This document shows, piece after piece, positions 30,762 through 41,856 of a stretch of DNA of 64,000 nucleotides. Origin of the DNA: Sulfolobales archaeon (GTDB lineage Archaea > Thermoproteota > Thermoprotei_A > Sulfolobales > AG1); NCBI GenBank assembly GCA_038867615.1, contig JAWBYA010000002.1, positions 256,001 through 320,000 on the forward strand. Reading direction: 5' to 3'. The position numbers and the translations under genes are program-made. Below the pieces are notes generated by a model that worked only from the letters and a program-made list of their open reading frames with translations, was not told where the DNA came from and ran no database searches. How positions within the stretch are numbered: position 1 is the stretch's first letter; every line of letters starts with the position of its first letter.

Positions 30762-33071
30762 TTAAGCATATATCGGTGGCGTCATAACCTGCTTTGGAAG
30801 TCTCTGCTTAAACCTCTCTCTCCAACCCTCATAGAATTTGATCATGTCGTCAGAGAGCGTTGGCCTGATCTTTGACATAGCATGGATGAAATGCCTCATA
30901 TAAACCCTAGAGGCTGAAAGATCCTCTCTCAATGCATAGAGAGCAGCCTCCCTAACCATTGCAGCGATATCGGCTCCCGTATAGCCTTCGGCGGATCTAG
31001 CTATATACTCCAGATCTACATCCTCCGCTAATGGCATCTTCCTAGTATGAACCTTAAGGATCTCTAGCCTTGATTTATAGTCAGGTGGTGGGACATATAT
31101 AATCTTATCAAGCCTCCCAGGTCTGAGAAGAGCTGGGTCTATTAGATCAGGCCTGTTAGTAGCACCTATAACCACGACGTTGTTGAGCTTCTCAATACCA
31201 TCTATCTCTGTTAATAGCTGGCTAACAATCCTCTCAGTAACCCTTGTCCCCTCATCGATAGAGCCTCTATGAGGTACTATAGAGTCTATCTCATCGAAAA
31301 GGATCACCGTGGGGGCATAGATCCTCGCCTTCCTAAAGATCTCCCTTATAGCTTTCTCACTCTCACCAACCCATTTGCTAAGGATCTCCGGTCCTCTCAC
31401 CGATATGAAGTTAGCACCGCTCTCAGTAGCAACAGCCTTTGCTAATAGCGTTTTACCAACACCTGGAGGCCCGTAGAGAAGAATACCCTTAGGAGGCTCA
31501 ATACCAAGCCTCCTGAAAGCGTCTGGGTATTTTAGAGGCCATTCAACAGCCTCCCTCAGCTCCTGCTTAACCTCCTCTAACCCTCCTATATCGCTCCACC
31601 TAACCTCCGGGATCTCTACATAGACCTCTCTGAAGCCGCTGGGTATTATCTCTTTGAAAGCCTGCATGAAGTCCTGCTGTGTCACATACATAGACTCAAG
31701 GATCTCAGGATCTATTGTATCGCTCTGCCAATCTATCTTAGGCAGGTATCTCCTCAGCGCGTGGAGCGCTGCTTCTTTAACAAGTGCTGCTAGATCTGCC
31801 CCGGTATAGCCATGGGTTATCTCCGCAATCTTCCTGAGATCTACATCCTCGGCTAGAGGCATGTTCCTCGTATGTATTGTGAGTATCTCAAACCTGCCCT
31901 GCTTATCTGGAAGAGGTATCTCTATCTCCCTATCAAACCTGCCAGGCCTCCTTAGAGCTGGATCGACTGCGTGAGGCCTATTAGTAGCCCCAATAACGAT
32001 CACATCCCCTCTACCCTTAAGCCCATCCATAAGTGTTAGGAGCTGTGCCACAACCCTCCTCTCAACCTCACCCATAACCTCGTCCCTCTTCGGGGCTATC
32101 GCGTCTATCTCGTCTATGAATATTATTGCTGGCGCGTTCTTCTGAGCCTCCTCGAAGATCTCTCTCAACCTCTGCTCGCTCTCACCATAGAACTTGCTCA
32201 TAATCTCTGGACCATTTATAGCTATGAAGTGGGCGTTAGCCTCATTAGCTATAGCCTTTGCTAATAGCGTTTTACCAACACCTGGAGGCCCGTAGAGAAG
32301 AATACCCTTAGGAGGCTCAATACCAAGCCTCCTGAAGATCTCTGGGTGCTTTAGGGGTAGCTCGACAAGCTCCCTCACCTTCCCTATAATATTGCCCAAA
32401 CCACCTATATCATCGTAGGTAACCCTTGCAACTTTAATATTGCTTACAGGTCTATCGAGTATCTGTAACACTGTATCCTTTGTTATTATAACAACACCAG
32501 GAGGTCTCGTCTGGATCACTACGAAGGGCATTGGCTGTCCAAGCAGGGGGACATAGACTATATCGCCCTCAACAACAGGGGTCTCCTCAAGCCTCTTCTT
32601 AACATAGTTAACAAAGCTGGGCTCTATGCTTGTGAATGTAACATTACTCTGCGCAGGACCGATCTTGACTGCCTGTGCGTTTTTGGGAGAGGCCCTCCTA
32701 ATAATAACCCTATCCCCGATCGAGATCCCGGCGTTCTTTCTAACAACAGCATCCATCCTTATAATATCCGGCTCATCCTCACCATAGCTAGGCCACGCTA
32801 TAGCTGCTGTCTTCTTCCTCCCCTCGATCTCCACTACCTCTCCAGGGTTTATCCCTAGCTCTTTCATCACACTAATATCGATCTTAACCTTGATCTTGCT
32901 ATTATCCTTAACCTTAAGCTCAGCAACCCTTAGATAGGCCTCCTTCCTTCTCCTAACACCTGGACCCTGGCTACCAGCCTCTCCAGAGCTCCCCTCGGGA
33001 GGAGGATCCGGTGATCCGGGTCCAGGCGTCTTTTCAACTCCGCTCATGCTACCACTTCTCCACTCTCTCAT
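30762..33071 (-). CDS. cdc48: CDC48/VCP AAA+ ATPase, paralog 2
   Basis: Two AAA modules; C-terminal IYA HbYX motif; Gly/Pro/Ser-rich N-terminal extension. Confidence 0.95.
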   Translation of the reverse strand: MREWRSGSMSGVEKTPGPGSPDPPPEGSSGEAGSQGPGVRRRKEAYLRVAELKVKDNSKIKVKIDISVMKELGINPGEVVEIEGRKKTAAIAWPSYGEDEPDIIRMDAVVRKNAGISIGDRVIIRRASPKNAQAVKIGPAQSNVTFTSIEPSFVNYVKKRLEETPVVEGDIVYVPLLGQPMPFVVIQTRPPGVVIITKDTVLQILDRPVSNIKVARVTYDDIGGLGNIIGKVRELVELPLKHPEIFRRLGIEPPKGILLYGPPGVGKTLLAKAIANEANAHFIAINGPEIMSKFYGESEQRLREIFEEAQKNAPAIIFIDEIDAIAPKRDEVMGEVERRVVAQLLTLMDGLKGRGDVIVIGATNRPHAVDPALRRPGRFDREIEIPLPDKQGRFEILTIHTRNMPLAEDVDLRKIAEITHGYTGADLAALVKEAALHALRRYLPKIDWQSDTIDPEILESMYVTQQDFMQAFKEIIPSGFREVYVEIPEVRWSDIGGLEEVKQELREAVEWPLKYPDAFRRLGIEPPKGILLYGPPGVGKTLLAKAVATESGANFISVRGPEILSKWVGESEKAIREIFRKARIYAPTVILFDEIDSIVPHRGSIDEGTRVTERIVSQLLTEIDGIEKLNNVVVIGATNRPDLIDPALLRPGRLDKIIYVPPPDYKSRLEILKVHTRKMPLAEDVDLEYIARSAEGYTGADIAAMVREAALYALREDLSASRVYMRHFIHAMSKIRPTLSDDMIKFYEGWRERFKQRLPKQVMTPPIYA

Positions 33072-33251
33072 ATTTATAGCGGTTAAAGGTTAATATGAAT
33101 TAACCGGTAGAACTTGTATTTATATTTCATCAGATGGACAATCCTCTGATAACGATGCCCGGGATATTGCTGGATATCGAATAACCTCTGCCCCCAGATA
33201 TACCACTGAATTAAATGCAAAGAATCCTGGTATTATGTAAATATTTTTCAA

Positions 33252-35033
33252 CTATATAGAATTATCCTCGAGCGCCTCCCTCCTCCTCCTAGATTCGAAC
33301 TCCTCCGGAGTTCCTCTAGTCACGATCTCATATAGAACAGCCTCCTTACCTTCCTTAGGTCTTAGGAGTCTTCCCAGTCTCTGGATAAACTGCCTCTTAG
33401 ACCCTGTACCAGCTACTATTATCCCCACGTTAGCATCAGGTATATCTATACCCTCATCACCAACAGTTGTTAATACGAGAACCCTCTCCAAGCCTTCCCT
33501 GAATAGCTGGAAATTCCTCTCCCTAATCTTCTTCTCAGTCTCGCCAGTAACTACGGGGGCTTTGAGCTCTTTCCCTATCTCCTCGGCTTGGTCTATGTAT
33601 TGGGTGAAAACCAGGATCTTAGATCCCTTCTCCTTCTCCCTGGAGACGATCTCCTTTACCTTCTCCAGCTTTCTCTTAGCGTTATGTATTAGCTGTCTCA
33701 GCTCGCTCCTAACTTTGAGTGCCTCGACCGCCATAGGATCGCCGCTTTTCGCAGCCTTCAACAGATCCTCGAACTCCATGCCCCTTGACAGCTCTCTATA
33801 CTTCTTTCTAAGTTCTTCAAACTTCTTTTTCTCCTCAGGGGTTAGATCCACTTTAACGACCTCGATCCTGTATGGAGATAGATAGCCCGCCTCTATGAGC
33901 TCCTGGGGGCTTTTGTGATAAACCACACCTCCCATTAGTGGGAAGAGCTCTTCATGCCTCCCATCCTCTCTAGTGACTGTTGCTGATAAGCCAAGCCTGT
34001 ATGGTGAGAACATGCCGAGAGCTATAGCCCTGAACTTATCCGCTGGTAGGTGGTGGACCTCGTCTATAATGACCATCGGGAAGTAGGGGTATAGCTTATC
34101 TATATGCCTAAATGCTGTCTGGTAGGTGGCTATGGTTATCGGAGCGATCCTCTTCTCATCAGAGTAGTATAGCCCAACATGCTCCGGCCGGATGGAGGCC
34201 ATACGTATAAAATGATCCCTCCACTGGAGCATCTGCTCCCTAGTAAAGGCTACCACAAGAACCCATACGGGTTTTCTTGCAACCGCTGCAACACCAACCA
34301 CGGTCTTTCCAGAACCTGTAGGGAGGGATACGATCCCTCTATAGTTATTAGCAACCCATGCCGAGACAGCCTCCTCCTGATACTCCCTCAGCTTAACCGA
34401 TACTGAGGGTTTTATGGGGAGATATCTATCCATCGAGAACCCTGTTCTATCCTCAACCCTCACGCCACGCGAGACCAGATGCTCCTTAACCTTAACATAG
34501 TATGCTGGATATGTTACGAAAACCTTACCAGATCTATCATACCTTAAAAGCCCCCTTATATCCTCAATATAGCTACCCAGAAAGCCTCTGGGCTCTATAA
34601 CTAGCCTCGACCCCTGGCTTCTAAGAATAGCCTTTGGATGAGATCCAGAGATCTTCTCCCTCACATAGCCTATGATCTCTTCGAGCTCTTTCTCAGATAT
34701 GCCGGGGCTTGCTTTTTTCACAACCTCTCCAACGTACTCCTCATCATACCCTCTCTCAATGATCTTAGAAGGATTTATAGCGAATAGAGAACCGCTTGAA
34801 GGGCTTCTACCTAGATAATCAGCTATCTCTAGCAGCTCCCTAAACTCCTCATCACCAAGCCATCTCCTAACATGTATAATTGGCCTCTTACTCTCGCCCA
34901 AGAGGTGTTCCAAACCTAAAGATAATATTGTCTCGGAATGATTAAAATAAAAGCCTGGGTTCTTCAAAACCTTCTCTACATGGCCCCGGGGTTTAGGAGG
35001 TAACCCTACTCCAGGCATAGTATACAATTGCAT
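33252..35033 (-). CDS. XPB/Rad25-like SF2 helicase
   Basis: LREYQ, PTGSGKT, DEVHH, SAT, RED, QRLGR. Confidence 0.88.
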   Translation of the reverse strand: MQLYTMPGVGLPPKPRGHVEKVLKNPGFYFNHSETILSLGLEHLLGESKRPIIHVRRWLGDEEFRELLEIADYLGRSPSSGSLFAINPSKIIERGYDEEYVGEVVKKASPGISEKELEEIIGYVREKISGSHPKAILRSQGSRLVIEPRGFLGSYIEDIRGLLRYDRSGKVFVTYPAYYVKVKEHLVSRGVRVEDRTGFSMDRYLPIKPSVSVKLREYQEEAVSAWVANNYRGIVSLPTGSGKTVVGVAAVARKPVWVLVVAFTREQMLQWRDHFIRMASIRPEHVGLYYSDEKRIAPITIATYQTAFRHIDKLYPYFPMVIIDEVHHLPADKFRAIALGMFSPYRLGLSATVTREDGRHEELFPLMGGVVYHKSPQELIEAGYLSPYRIEVVKVDLTPEEKKKFEELRKKYRELSRGMEFEDLLKAAKSGDPMAVEALKVRSELRQLIHNAKRKLEKVKEIVSREKEKGSKILVFTQYIDQAEEIGKELKAPVVTGETEKKIRERNFQLFREGLERVLVLTTVGDEGIDIPDANVGIIVAGTGSKRQFIQRLGRLLRPKEGKEAVLYEIVTRGTPEEFESRRRREALEDNSI

Positions 35034-35080
35034 TTGACAGATTCAGCATATAATGCGGGGCTAATGAGTGAAAAATAACT

Positions 35081-35131
35081 ATGGGAAGAGCGGTTGATAT
35101 CAAGCAATATCAATGGCTATGAAGCCCGAAC
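35081..35131 (+). repeat. Isolated right-end fragment of the dispersed element
   Basis: ATGGGAAGAGCGGTTGATATCAA...ATGAAGCCCGAAC matches the right end of copy A. Confidence 0.8.
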
Positions 35132-35200
35132 CCCGTGATAGATTGGGATAGCCTAATATAATGACTGAGGATTAAATGTAGCGGGACGAGAAACACGTAG

Positions 35201-36043
35201 GTGGGGGTCTTGTTATGCGTTAGATGCGATAACTCCAGGATAGTTTATTCAAGAGAAGATGTTATAGACATAGGTTGGGGAATGATCCTTGTAAAAAACC
35301 TCGCCCTAGGCATCTCATCTATGGGGACAGGGGATCTCTGCACAGCTATTAAGAGGTCTTTCATAACAGCTGTTGGGAGGGTTATAGAGGCTCCGAGCGG
35401 TAGTGGTAGAGAGCTTGTTGGGAGATCCGTGTTTTACAGACCAAAGATGGTTAATGACTCTGTGTGCTCATTCTCGCCAGGAGATCCTGGAGATGTTGTT
35501 GAGGTGGGAGGCGAGCTCCAGGGTGTTGAGGGTATAATAGCTATGGAGGTGCAGCTGGCGCTCAAATACTCCAGGATCCTGGGTCCTGCACCTCTAGTAA
35601 TAGGGGGAGGTTTTGAGGCCTATATAGCTCTATACGTTCTGCAATCCATTGGTGTGAGGGGCGCAACTATAGGGAGAACTTTTAGGGGTGTTGAAGCAAT
35701 AAGCCTTAGTAGCGATACTGCTACCTCGAGGATCTTTAGCAGCATATATATAGCTGGGACGGCTGATGAAGATGAGAAGAAGATCCTCAAGATCCTTGCC
35801 TCTAGAGGTAGGATCGATATATATTACCACCCATTACTAGCAGGCGAGGAGATATCGATACCGCTGGGTAGCGGGATAAAGATAAGATCCCTGGGCTACT
35901 CACACCCCCGAGCAAAAGCAATAAAACTGTCTAGAAAGATCAGGAAAACAGCTAAGGGCTATAAATACCTCGAGGCCGGGTTCGATGAAGAACCACCACT
36001 GCTGGCAGACTTCCTAATCCTATCACTATCAGACTCAGACTAG
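35201..36043 (+). CDS. Hypothetical protein, possibly a divergent MDR (GroES + Rossmann) fold
   Basis: ILVKNLALGIS, AVGRVIE, LVGRSV, PLVIGGG. Confidence 0.5.
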   Translation: MGVLLCVRCDNSRIVYSREDVIDIGWGMILVKNLALGISSMGTGDLCTAIKRSFITAVGRVIEAPSGSGRELVGRSVFYRPKMVNDSVCSFSPGDPGDVVEVGGELQGVEGIIAMEVQLALKYSRILGPAPLVIGGGFEAYIALYVLQSIGVRGATIGRTFRGVEAISLSSDTATSRIFSSIYIAGTADEDEKKILKILASRGRIDIYYHPLLAGEEISIPLGSGIKIRSLGYSHPRAKAIKLSRKIRKTAKGYKYLEAGFDEEPPLLADFLILSLSDSD

Positions 36044-36079
36044 GAATCTATACCGATATAAGAGCCCCGGTATAGATAT

Positions 36080-37372
36080 ATGAGGGGATGTAAATCGCCG
36101 GACATAGACTTCCTGATTATAGGTGCCGGGATAATCGGGCTATCAACAGCCTATCATATTAAGTCAATGAACCCCGGCTCGAGAGTTGTTGTTATTGAGA
36201 AAAATCCCGGGCCGGGTATGGGGGATACGTCTAGATCTGCTGCTATGTTTAGAGTCTTCTTCAGCTCGAAGACAAACATGATCCTGGCTAAAAGCTCTGT
36301 CGAGTATTTCGAGCATGTTGAGAAAAACATAGGATGGGATCTTGGTATTAAGTACCTAGGCTACCTCTTTCTAGTAGATTCTGAAGAGCTTGAGGATATG
36401 AAGCCTGCGCTTGACGAGGCTGAGAGGCTTGGAGGCAGCTATAGGATTATTGATAGAGATTCTCTGAAAAACCAAGGTTTCAATGTAGATGTATCAACAG
36501 ACCCTGAGGCCAGCTTGATGGGGTTGCCAGACATAGAGGCTGGGATATATATACCAAAGGCTGGTACGCTCGACCCAGACTCTCTGGTTAGGTACTATGA
36601 GCATGCGTTCAAATCACTCGGCGGAGAGATCCTTTATAACACTGAGGTGAAGAGAATCGTGCTAGGCCCCAAGAACCCCCTCGGCATACCTGGCGAGCCA
36701 TTTGCGTGGCAAGACATAGAGGCTAAGGGTGTCGAGACATCCTCAGGATATATAGAGGCTAGAAGCATAGTTGTTGCTGCAGGCGCATATACCAGGGAGC
36801 TTTTAGAACCCATAGGAATCGATCCTATAGTTAATCCCAAAAAGAGACAGATCTTCGTTATAAGGGCTAACACAAAAGGACTCGCAGATCTCCTCAACAC
36901 GAAGGGATATAATGCGTATAACGTGATCCCGTTCACAATACTCCCCAGAGGTGTGTATATAAAGCCAGAGATCGGGGAGAAGAGCTTCTGGGTAGGTCTT
37001 TCAGATAACCTAGGAAGACCGTATGGGTTGGAGGAGTTAAAGGCTGAGGAGAGCTTCTATAGATACTCAATCCACCCTGTGCTAACCAAATACCTACCCC
37101 AGTTCTCCCAAGCATACCCTGATGCAATGTGGGCAGGCTATTACGATATAAACCCGATCGACGGACAACCAGTGATATTCATGGTAGGAAATATAGAGAT
37201 TGTTGCAGGAACCTCGGGCTCTGGGATAATGAAGGCAGACGCTATAGGGAGGATAGCATCAGCCCTAGCCCTAGGATATGATGAGGTAGAACTCTATGGC
37301 GGTATAAGGATTAGGAGCGATATGTTTGGGCTTGCCAGGAGATACATAGACCCAGAGAAACTGATCCTCTAG
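36080..37372 (+). CDS. FAD-dependent oxidoreductase, DAO/proline dehydrogenase family
   Basis: IIGAGIIG, TSRSAA, VAAGAY, WAGYY, SGSGIMKA. Confidence 0.9.
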   Translation: MRGCKSPDIDFLIIGAGIIGLSTAYHIKSMNPGSRVVVIEKNPGPGMGDTSRSAAMFRVFFSSKTNMILAKSSVEYFEHVEKNIGWDLGIKYLGYLFLVDSEELEDMKPALDEAERLGGSYRIIDRDSLKNQGFNVDVSTDPEASLMGLPDIEAGIYIPKAGTLDPDSLVRYYEHAFKSLGGEILYNTEVKRIVLGPKNPLGIPGEPFAWQDIEAKGVETSSGYIEARSIVVAAGAYTRELLEPIGIDPIVNPKKRQIFVIRANTKGLADLLNTKGYNAYNVIPFTILPRGVYIKPEIGEKSFWVGLSDNLGRPYGLEELKAEESFYRYSIHPVLTKYLPQFSQAYPDAMWAGYYDINPIDGQPVIFMVGNIEIVAGTSGSGIMKADAIGRIASALALGYDEVELYGGIRIRSDMFGLARRYIDPEKLIL

Positions 37373-37436
37373 ACCCTGGACTAATATAGCCTCTGTATTC
37401 ACAACACTATATAGACTCGACCTCTAGATCTAAGGT

Positions 37437-37687
37437 GTTCGGGCTTCATAGCAGTTGATTTTTATACCAACCGCTTTTCCTCGTCTCCCTCGGCCCCCAC
37501 CCATCCAGAGAAACCCCAACCCACAGCCTCTCTTCATAGATACTCGCTGACTCATTGCTGTGGGGAAACCCCACATCCCAGCTCAACCGTAAAATAACAG
37601 AACTTATACTATGTTCCCACAGAACCAAGAGCTTAACACCAAATCCATACAAACCATCATGAAAACCGAAACAGCTGGTCACGGCTT
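37437..37687 (-). mobile_element. Dispersed element, copy C
   Basis: Minus strand AAGCCGTGACCAGCTGTTTCGG...GATGTGGGGTTTCCCCACAGC...ATGAAGCCCGAAC. Confidence 0.85.
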
Positions 37688-37701
37688 GGGGATTCTGAGA
37701 A

Positions 37702-38787
37702 CTATTCAAGCCTATACCTAAGTATCGCTATTGCATCGCCAAACGTCTTTTTGATCCACTCGCCCTCTGGTAACGAGCTGCTTATGAAGTGAACCTCAGC
37801 CCCTCTACTCTTGGCCAGCTTCTCCAGCTCGTCAGCCTCGCTGGATTCCTCGAGTATAACTATCCTCCTAACAGCCCCCATCTCTAGGGCTTTCTTTATC
37901 TCGCTAACTCCGTAGAGGGCTAGCCCATCATCTTTAGCCAGGTGGATCTTGAACTCCTCTACGGCGCTTATAGCATCTATATATCTTTGACCCTTTATCG
38001 CGTTAGAGGCCTTCATAATGATCTCTCTCACTCCCGGCTCGCCTTGATATGACACATCATAAGGCTCTCCTATAATGAGGCTCTTCAATCTATAGTCTAG
38101 ATAGTCTCCTCTCACAAAATCCAGTTTAGCATAACCAGGCCCTCCGATCAAGATCCCTTTAAGCTTCTTCTCTTCTAGCAGTGGTATGAAATACCTAGAA
38201 GCCCTCTCGCCAACTTTTTTGTAGAAATCCTCCACCATCTGTTCTATGATCCTGTCGTATCTCCTCTGACTCTGCCCGCCCTTCGAATGCTTTCCCGGTA
38301 TATAGTCCTCTATCTCCTCAAGTATTAGGAAACCGCTTGGCTTTAGAACCGCTATTGTAGCCTGATCCCTCTCAATAATGATGATCCCATATACCTCTGA
38401 CTCCTCAACCATCGGCTCTAGGAATTCTGTGTGGAACCACTTATCGGTTCTATAGTAATAGAGGGGTACGGGGTCTGGGGGAGAGAATACAAAGGAAACC
38501 TGATCACCTGTGTCTGGGTTGACACCTGCGAAGATGACAAGACCGTTCTGAGGAATCTTCGGTATCTTTGAGAGCCTATCTATAGCCATGGATAGGGCTG
38601 TCTCGACAGCATCCCTCGTCCTCTTCAGCTTTATATTCTGTGCTATTGATAGCTCTCTTCTAAGAACCTCGAGAACATCTGCTACAGGTCTTCCCGGAGG
38701 TATATAGAGGCTGAGGAGTATTGTTGCGCTAGCCTGCCATGTCTTTAAATATGATATTATCTGCTTCAGCTTCCTTCTATCAACCAT
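37702..38787 (-). CDS. prf1: Peptide chain release factor aRF1
   Basis: NIKLK, GKHSKGGQSQRRY. Confidence 0.96.
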   Translation of the reverse strand: MVDRRKLKQIISYLKTWQASATILLSLYIPPGRPVADVLEVLRRELSIAQNIKLKRTRDAVETALSMAIDRLSKIPKIPQNGLVIFAGVNPDTGDQVSFVFSPPDPVPLYYYRTDKWFHTEFLEPMVEESEVYGIIIIERDQATIAVLKPSGFLILEEIEDYIPGKHSKGGQSQRRYDRIIEQMVEDFYKKVGERASRYFIPLLEEKKLKGILIGGPGYAKLDFVRGDYLDYRLKSLIIGEPYDVSYQGEPGVREIIMKASNAIKGQRYIDAISAVEEFKIHLAKDDGLALYGVSEIKKALEMGAVRRIVILEESSEADELEKLAKSRGAEVHFISSSLPEGEWIKKTFGDAIAILRYRLE

Positions 38788-38848
38788 GAGCTCGCTAAAT
38801 AGAAATCCCCAATAATATTCTGGCTACTGGGTGGTTTAAATGTTACCT

Positions 38849-39709
38849 CTATTCATAAATAGCTGTTGCTGATGCGTACCCAACTACCCAGGCTTTCTCG
38901 CCTGTCACGTCTCCCGATGTAGCGTATTTAAAGATCCTTGCCCTCTTATACCCCCAGATCTTTGCTAGATATATGAAAACCATCGTCGGTCCTGGACCGC
39001 ATGCTGTGACGTTTCTCTCTATTATATATCTATAAAAACCCTCCGGATCGAGTCTCTCAACATACGAGAGAGCCTCAAGATCCTTCTTCACCGTTGGTTC
39101 GTGAGGCTCGTAGTGAGACCAATCAGTTGAGGCTATATAGATCACATCCCTCCCGAGGGTCTCAACGGCCTTTGCTATAGCATTAGCAAGATCCCTGGCT
39201 GCCTCTATTGTTTGCATAGCCATGGCTATTGGTACTATCTTGAAACTAGATCCGAATATATGTTGGAGGAATGGTACTTGAACCTCTATCGAGTGCTCGT
39301 TCTCGTGGGGTATATCGTCTATGTCGAGGAAACTACTGTTCCTCGCTATCGCCTTCGCAAGCTCGCTATCAACCTCAACCTCGCCTAAAGGCGTCTCCCA
39401 GATATAGTCAATAACCGTAGCCACCATCGAGCCTATACCGCTATGGTTGGGCCCTGCTATTATAAAGGTACCCGGGTTTCCTGAGAGCGATATGTGGTAA
39501 TACGTATGAGAAGCGACGGGACCGCTGTACATATAGCCGGCATGAGGTGCTATGAAGAGCCTCGCACGCCTATCCCTCGGAGCATCTCTAATAGGTAGTT
39601 TGCCAACACCTAGGGGGTGGTTATAGGACCACTCGATTCTATTGATAAGCTGCTCTCTATCAGCCTCGTAAAAATACCCAGCAACTGCTGGGTATCTTCT
39701 CTTCTTCAA
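38849..39709 (-). CDS. MEMO1 family protein (AmmeMemoRadiSam B)
   Basis: [34 protein letters not shown]. Confidence 0.93.
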   Translation of the reverse strand: MKKRRYPAVAGYFYEADREQLINRIEWSYNHPLGVGKLPIRDAPRDRRARLFIAPHAGYMYSGPVASHTYYHISLSGNPGTFIIAGPNHSGIGSMVATVIDYIWETPLGEVEVDSELAKAIARNSSFLDIDDIPHENEHSIEVQVPFLQHIFGSSFKIVPIAMAMQTIEAARDLANAIAKAVETLGRDVIYIASTDWSHYEPHEPTVKKDLEALSYVERLDPEGFYRYIIERNVTACGPGPTMVFIYLAKIWGYKRARIFKYATSGDVTGEKAWVVGYASATAIYE

Positions 39710-40380
39710 ATCACCACCTTTGCTTCGAACTCTTCGAGGGGTACAGGGAGCTCCTGCGTAGCGCCTAGCTGTCCTCTCTCCCTGAGAACCTGTCTTGTTA
39801 AGAGATAGTATAGCAATGCTAGTGATTTCCTACCCTTGTTATTACCCGGTATAACAAGATCTATCCCTGAGATCCTGGCATCGGTGCTTATAAAGGCAAC
39901 CACAGGCACTCCGATCTCCATAGCCTCTGTGAGAGCCTGTGTATCAACCCTGGGGTCTGATATTATAACAACCTCAGGCTCTATATAGCCGCTGAAGCGG
40001 GGGTTTGTGAATGTACCGGGCATAAACCTCCCCAGCACGGCTTTGCCTCCTGTTAGTTTTGCGAACATCTCCACAGGCTTGAAGCTATACTGCCTCCCAC
40101 CAACGGCTACCACAGAGCTTGGCTCAAATGTCGCTATGAATTTCGCTGCAACCCTTATCCTCTCATCTATCTTCCTCACATCGAGGATATAGAGACCGTC
40201 AGGCCTAACCCTGTATATGAATTTCTCAAGCTGCTTGTTGGAGAAATACGTTCCTATATGTACTCCTGACGAGAGGTACAGATCTACCGGGACTAGGAGC
40301 TCCACGGTAGCGTATTTAGTAGCCATTGCAGATTCTCTCTGTATCTCTTCAGAGCCTCCCGCCTCCTCATAGCTGCTCAT
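39706..40380 (-). CDS. rps2: 30S ribosomal protein S2
   Basis: [23 protein letters not shown]. Confidence 0.96.
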   Translation of the reverse strand: MSSYEEAGGSEEIQRESAMATKYATVELLVPVDLYLSSGVHIGTYFSNKQLEKFIYRVRPDGLYILDVRKIDERIRVAAKFIATFEPSSVVAVGGRQYSFKPVEMFAKLTGGKAVLGRFMPGTFTNPRFSGYIEPEVVIISDPRVDTQALTEAMEIGVPVVAFISTDARISGIDLVIPGNNKGRKSLALLYYLLTRQVLRERGQLGATQELPVPLEEFEAKVVI

Positions 40381-40391
40381 AAACCCACCAC

Positions 40392-40592
40392 CTATAGTTT
40401 TCTCGAGTAGTATATTATATCGTTTACAAGGGGTACGTGGGCTAGAAGTATCCTTCTACAGCAATACCTCTTAACACCAAGATCATCGAGAACCTTCTTC
40501 GGATCCTCACCAGCAGCAATCCTTCTAGAGAACTCCTCCCAGTGTCTCGATACAGGGTAGCCGCATGTAAAGCAACGGACAGGAATGATCAT
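40392..40592 (-). CDS. rpoN: RNA polymerase subunit Rpo10 (N)
   Basis: [17 protein letters not shown]. Confidence 0.97.
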   Translation of the reverse strand: MIIPVRCFTCGYPVSRHWEEFSRRIAAGEDPKKVLDDLGVKRYCCRRILLAHVPLVNDIIYYSRKL

Positions 40593-40596
40593 AGAA

Positions 40597-41022
40597 TCAC
40601 CTGTATGACTTCTGCCTAAACCTCCTAGCCGAGTATCTCATCCACTTCTCAGGCTCTGTACCTCTGGGATCGCCTGAGAGCATTGTCCTATCATACTCTC
40701 TGAAGATCTTCACAACCTCTTGGAGATCGCTAAAGAAAGAAACAAGCCCCCTAGCTATAGCCATTCTACATGCTTCTGCCTGGGACATGAAGCCACCGCC
40801 AGATACCCTGACATCTATATCTATGCTCTCCCTGATCTTCTTACCAAGCAGTAGGAGGGGCTCCATGATCTTTATCCTAGCCACCTCTATAGGGATCAGC
40901 TCGACAGGTGTCCCATTGATCCTGACCCTACCACTCCCCCTCCTAATAACAGCCCTAGCTATAGCTGTTTTTCTCCTCCCAGTAGCTATAACTATTTTCT
41001 CCTGCTCGCTCATCCTCTCCAC
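40597..41022 (-). CDS. rps9: 30S ribosomal protein S9
   Basis: [21 protein letters not shown]. Confidence 0.96.
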   Translation of the reverse strand: MERMSEQEKIVIATGRRKTAIARAVIRRGSGRVRINGTPVELIPIEVARIKIMEPLLLLGKKIRESIDIDVRVSGGGFMSQAEACRMAIARGLVSFFSDLQEVVKIFREYDRTMLSGDPRGTEPEKWMRYSARRFRQKSYR

Positions 41023-41495
41023 CCAAGCTCCCTAGCTATATCTCCTAGATAAACATATCTACCGCCAAGCCTCGACGCATCGGCTATCTCCAGCTTTACC
41101 TTAGGTAGTTTCGAGAGCTCTTCTGGAGCACCTATATATACCTTGAGTCTTTTTAAAGCCTCCATACCCTTTGTACGTTCTTTTGGAAGCATACCCCTCA
41201 CTGTCCTCTTAATAATATTGATAGGTGTTCTGGGCCTCCTAATACCACTTCTATAGGGGTTTCTATGTGTTCTAACTTTTAGTAAGAGCTTATAACCCTC
41301 GATGACTCTTTTTCTCTCGCCAGATACTACTGCCTTCTCAGCATTTATAACATACACTCTATACCCGTCTAGCAGGAGTTTTGCTATTATGGTGCACATC
41401 CTACCCAGTATTGCTTTTTCAGCATCTATAACGACAGTCTTCCCGGATCCTGCTGTTCTAGAGATCTCCTCCAATACAGATCTAAGTGTGCTCAT
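41010..41495 (-). CDS. rpl13: 50S ribosomal protein L13
   Basis: IDAEKAILGR, NAEKAVVSG, RTVRGMLP. Confidence 0.96.
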   Translation of the reverse strand: MSTLRSVLEEISRTAGSGKTVVIDAEKAILGRMCTIIAKLLLDGYRVYVINAEKAVVSGERKRVIEGYKLLLKVRTHRNPYRSGIRRPRTPINIIKRTVRGMLPKERTKGMEALKRLKVYIGAPEELSKLPKVKLEIADASRLGGRYVYLGDIARELGWRG

Positions 41496-41854
41496 GCTAG
41501 GATCCTCACCCCTCTACCTTCTGGATTCTCCTTTAATAGATCTAATAGATGCATATGCCTAGAACCCGACGACCTGATCTTCTCTAGAGCTGTTTTTGAG
41601 AACTGTGCAGCGGCTATTGTTACCCTCTTCCTAAGGATCCCCCCGCCCAGAACCTTACCCGGGACTACTACTATGTCTCCTTCCTCGGCATATCTCTCGA
41701 TCTTTGATAGATTCACAACAACCCTGGATCTCGAGCTCTTGGAAAGCATCTCGGCTACATATCTCCATATGGGGGCTTTATTCCTAGTCGATGCTTTTAA
41801 GAGCTCGTCGATCGTTATCCTCACAACATAGTTAGTGGGTCCTGTTCTCCTCAT
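41492..41854 (-). CDS. rpl18e: 50S ribosomal protein L18e
   Basis: TGPTN, VNLSKI, VVPGKVLG. Confidence 0.95.
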   Translation of the reverse strand: MRRTGPTNYVVRITIDELLKASTRNKAPIWRYVAEMLSKSSRSRVVVNLSKIERYAEEGDIVVVPGKVLGGGILRKRVTIAAAQFSKTALEKIRSSGSRHMHLLDLLKENPEGRGVRILA

Positions 41855-41856
41855 GC

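Noticed and set aside
37446-37709. 87-aa ORF (likewise 44409-44630, 22498-22701, 21009-21209)
   Set aside because: These lie inside the dispersed elements and their frames are not conserved between copies
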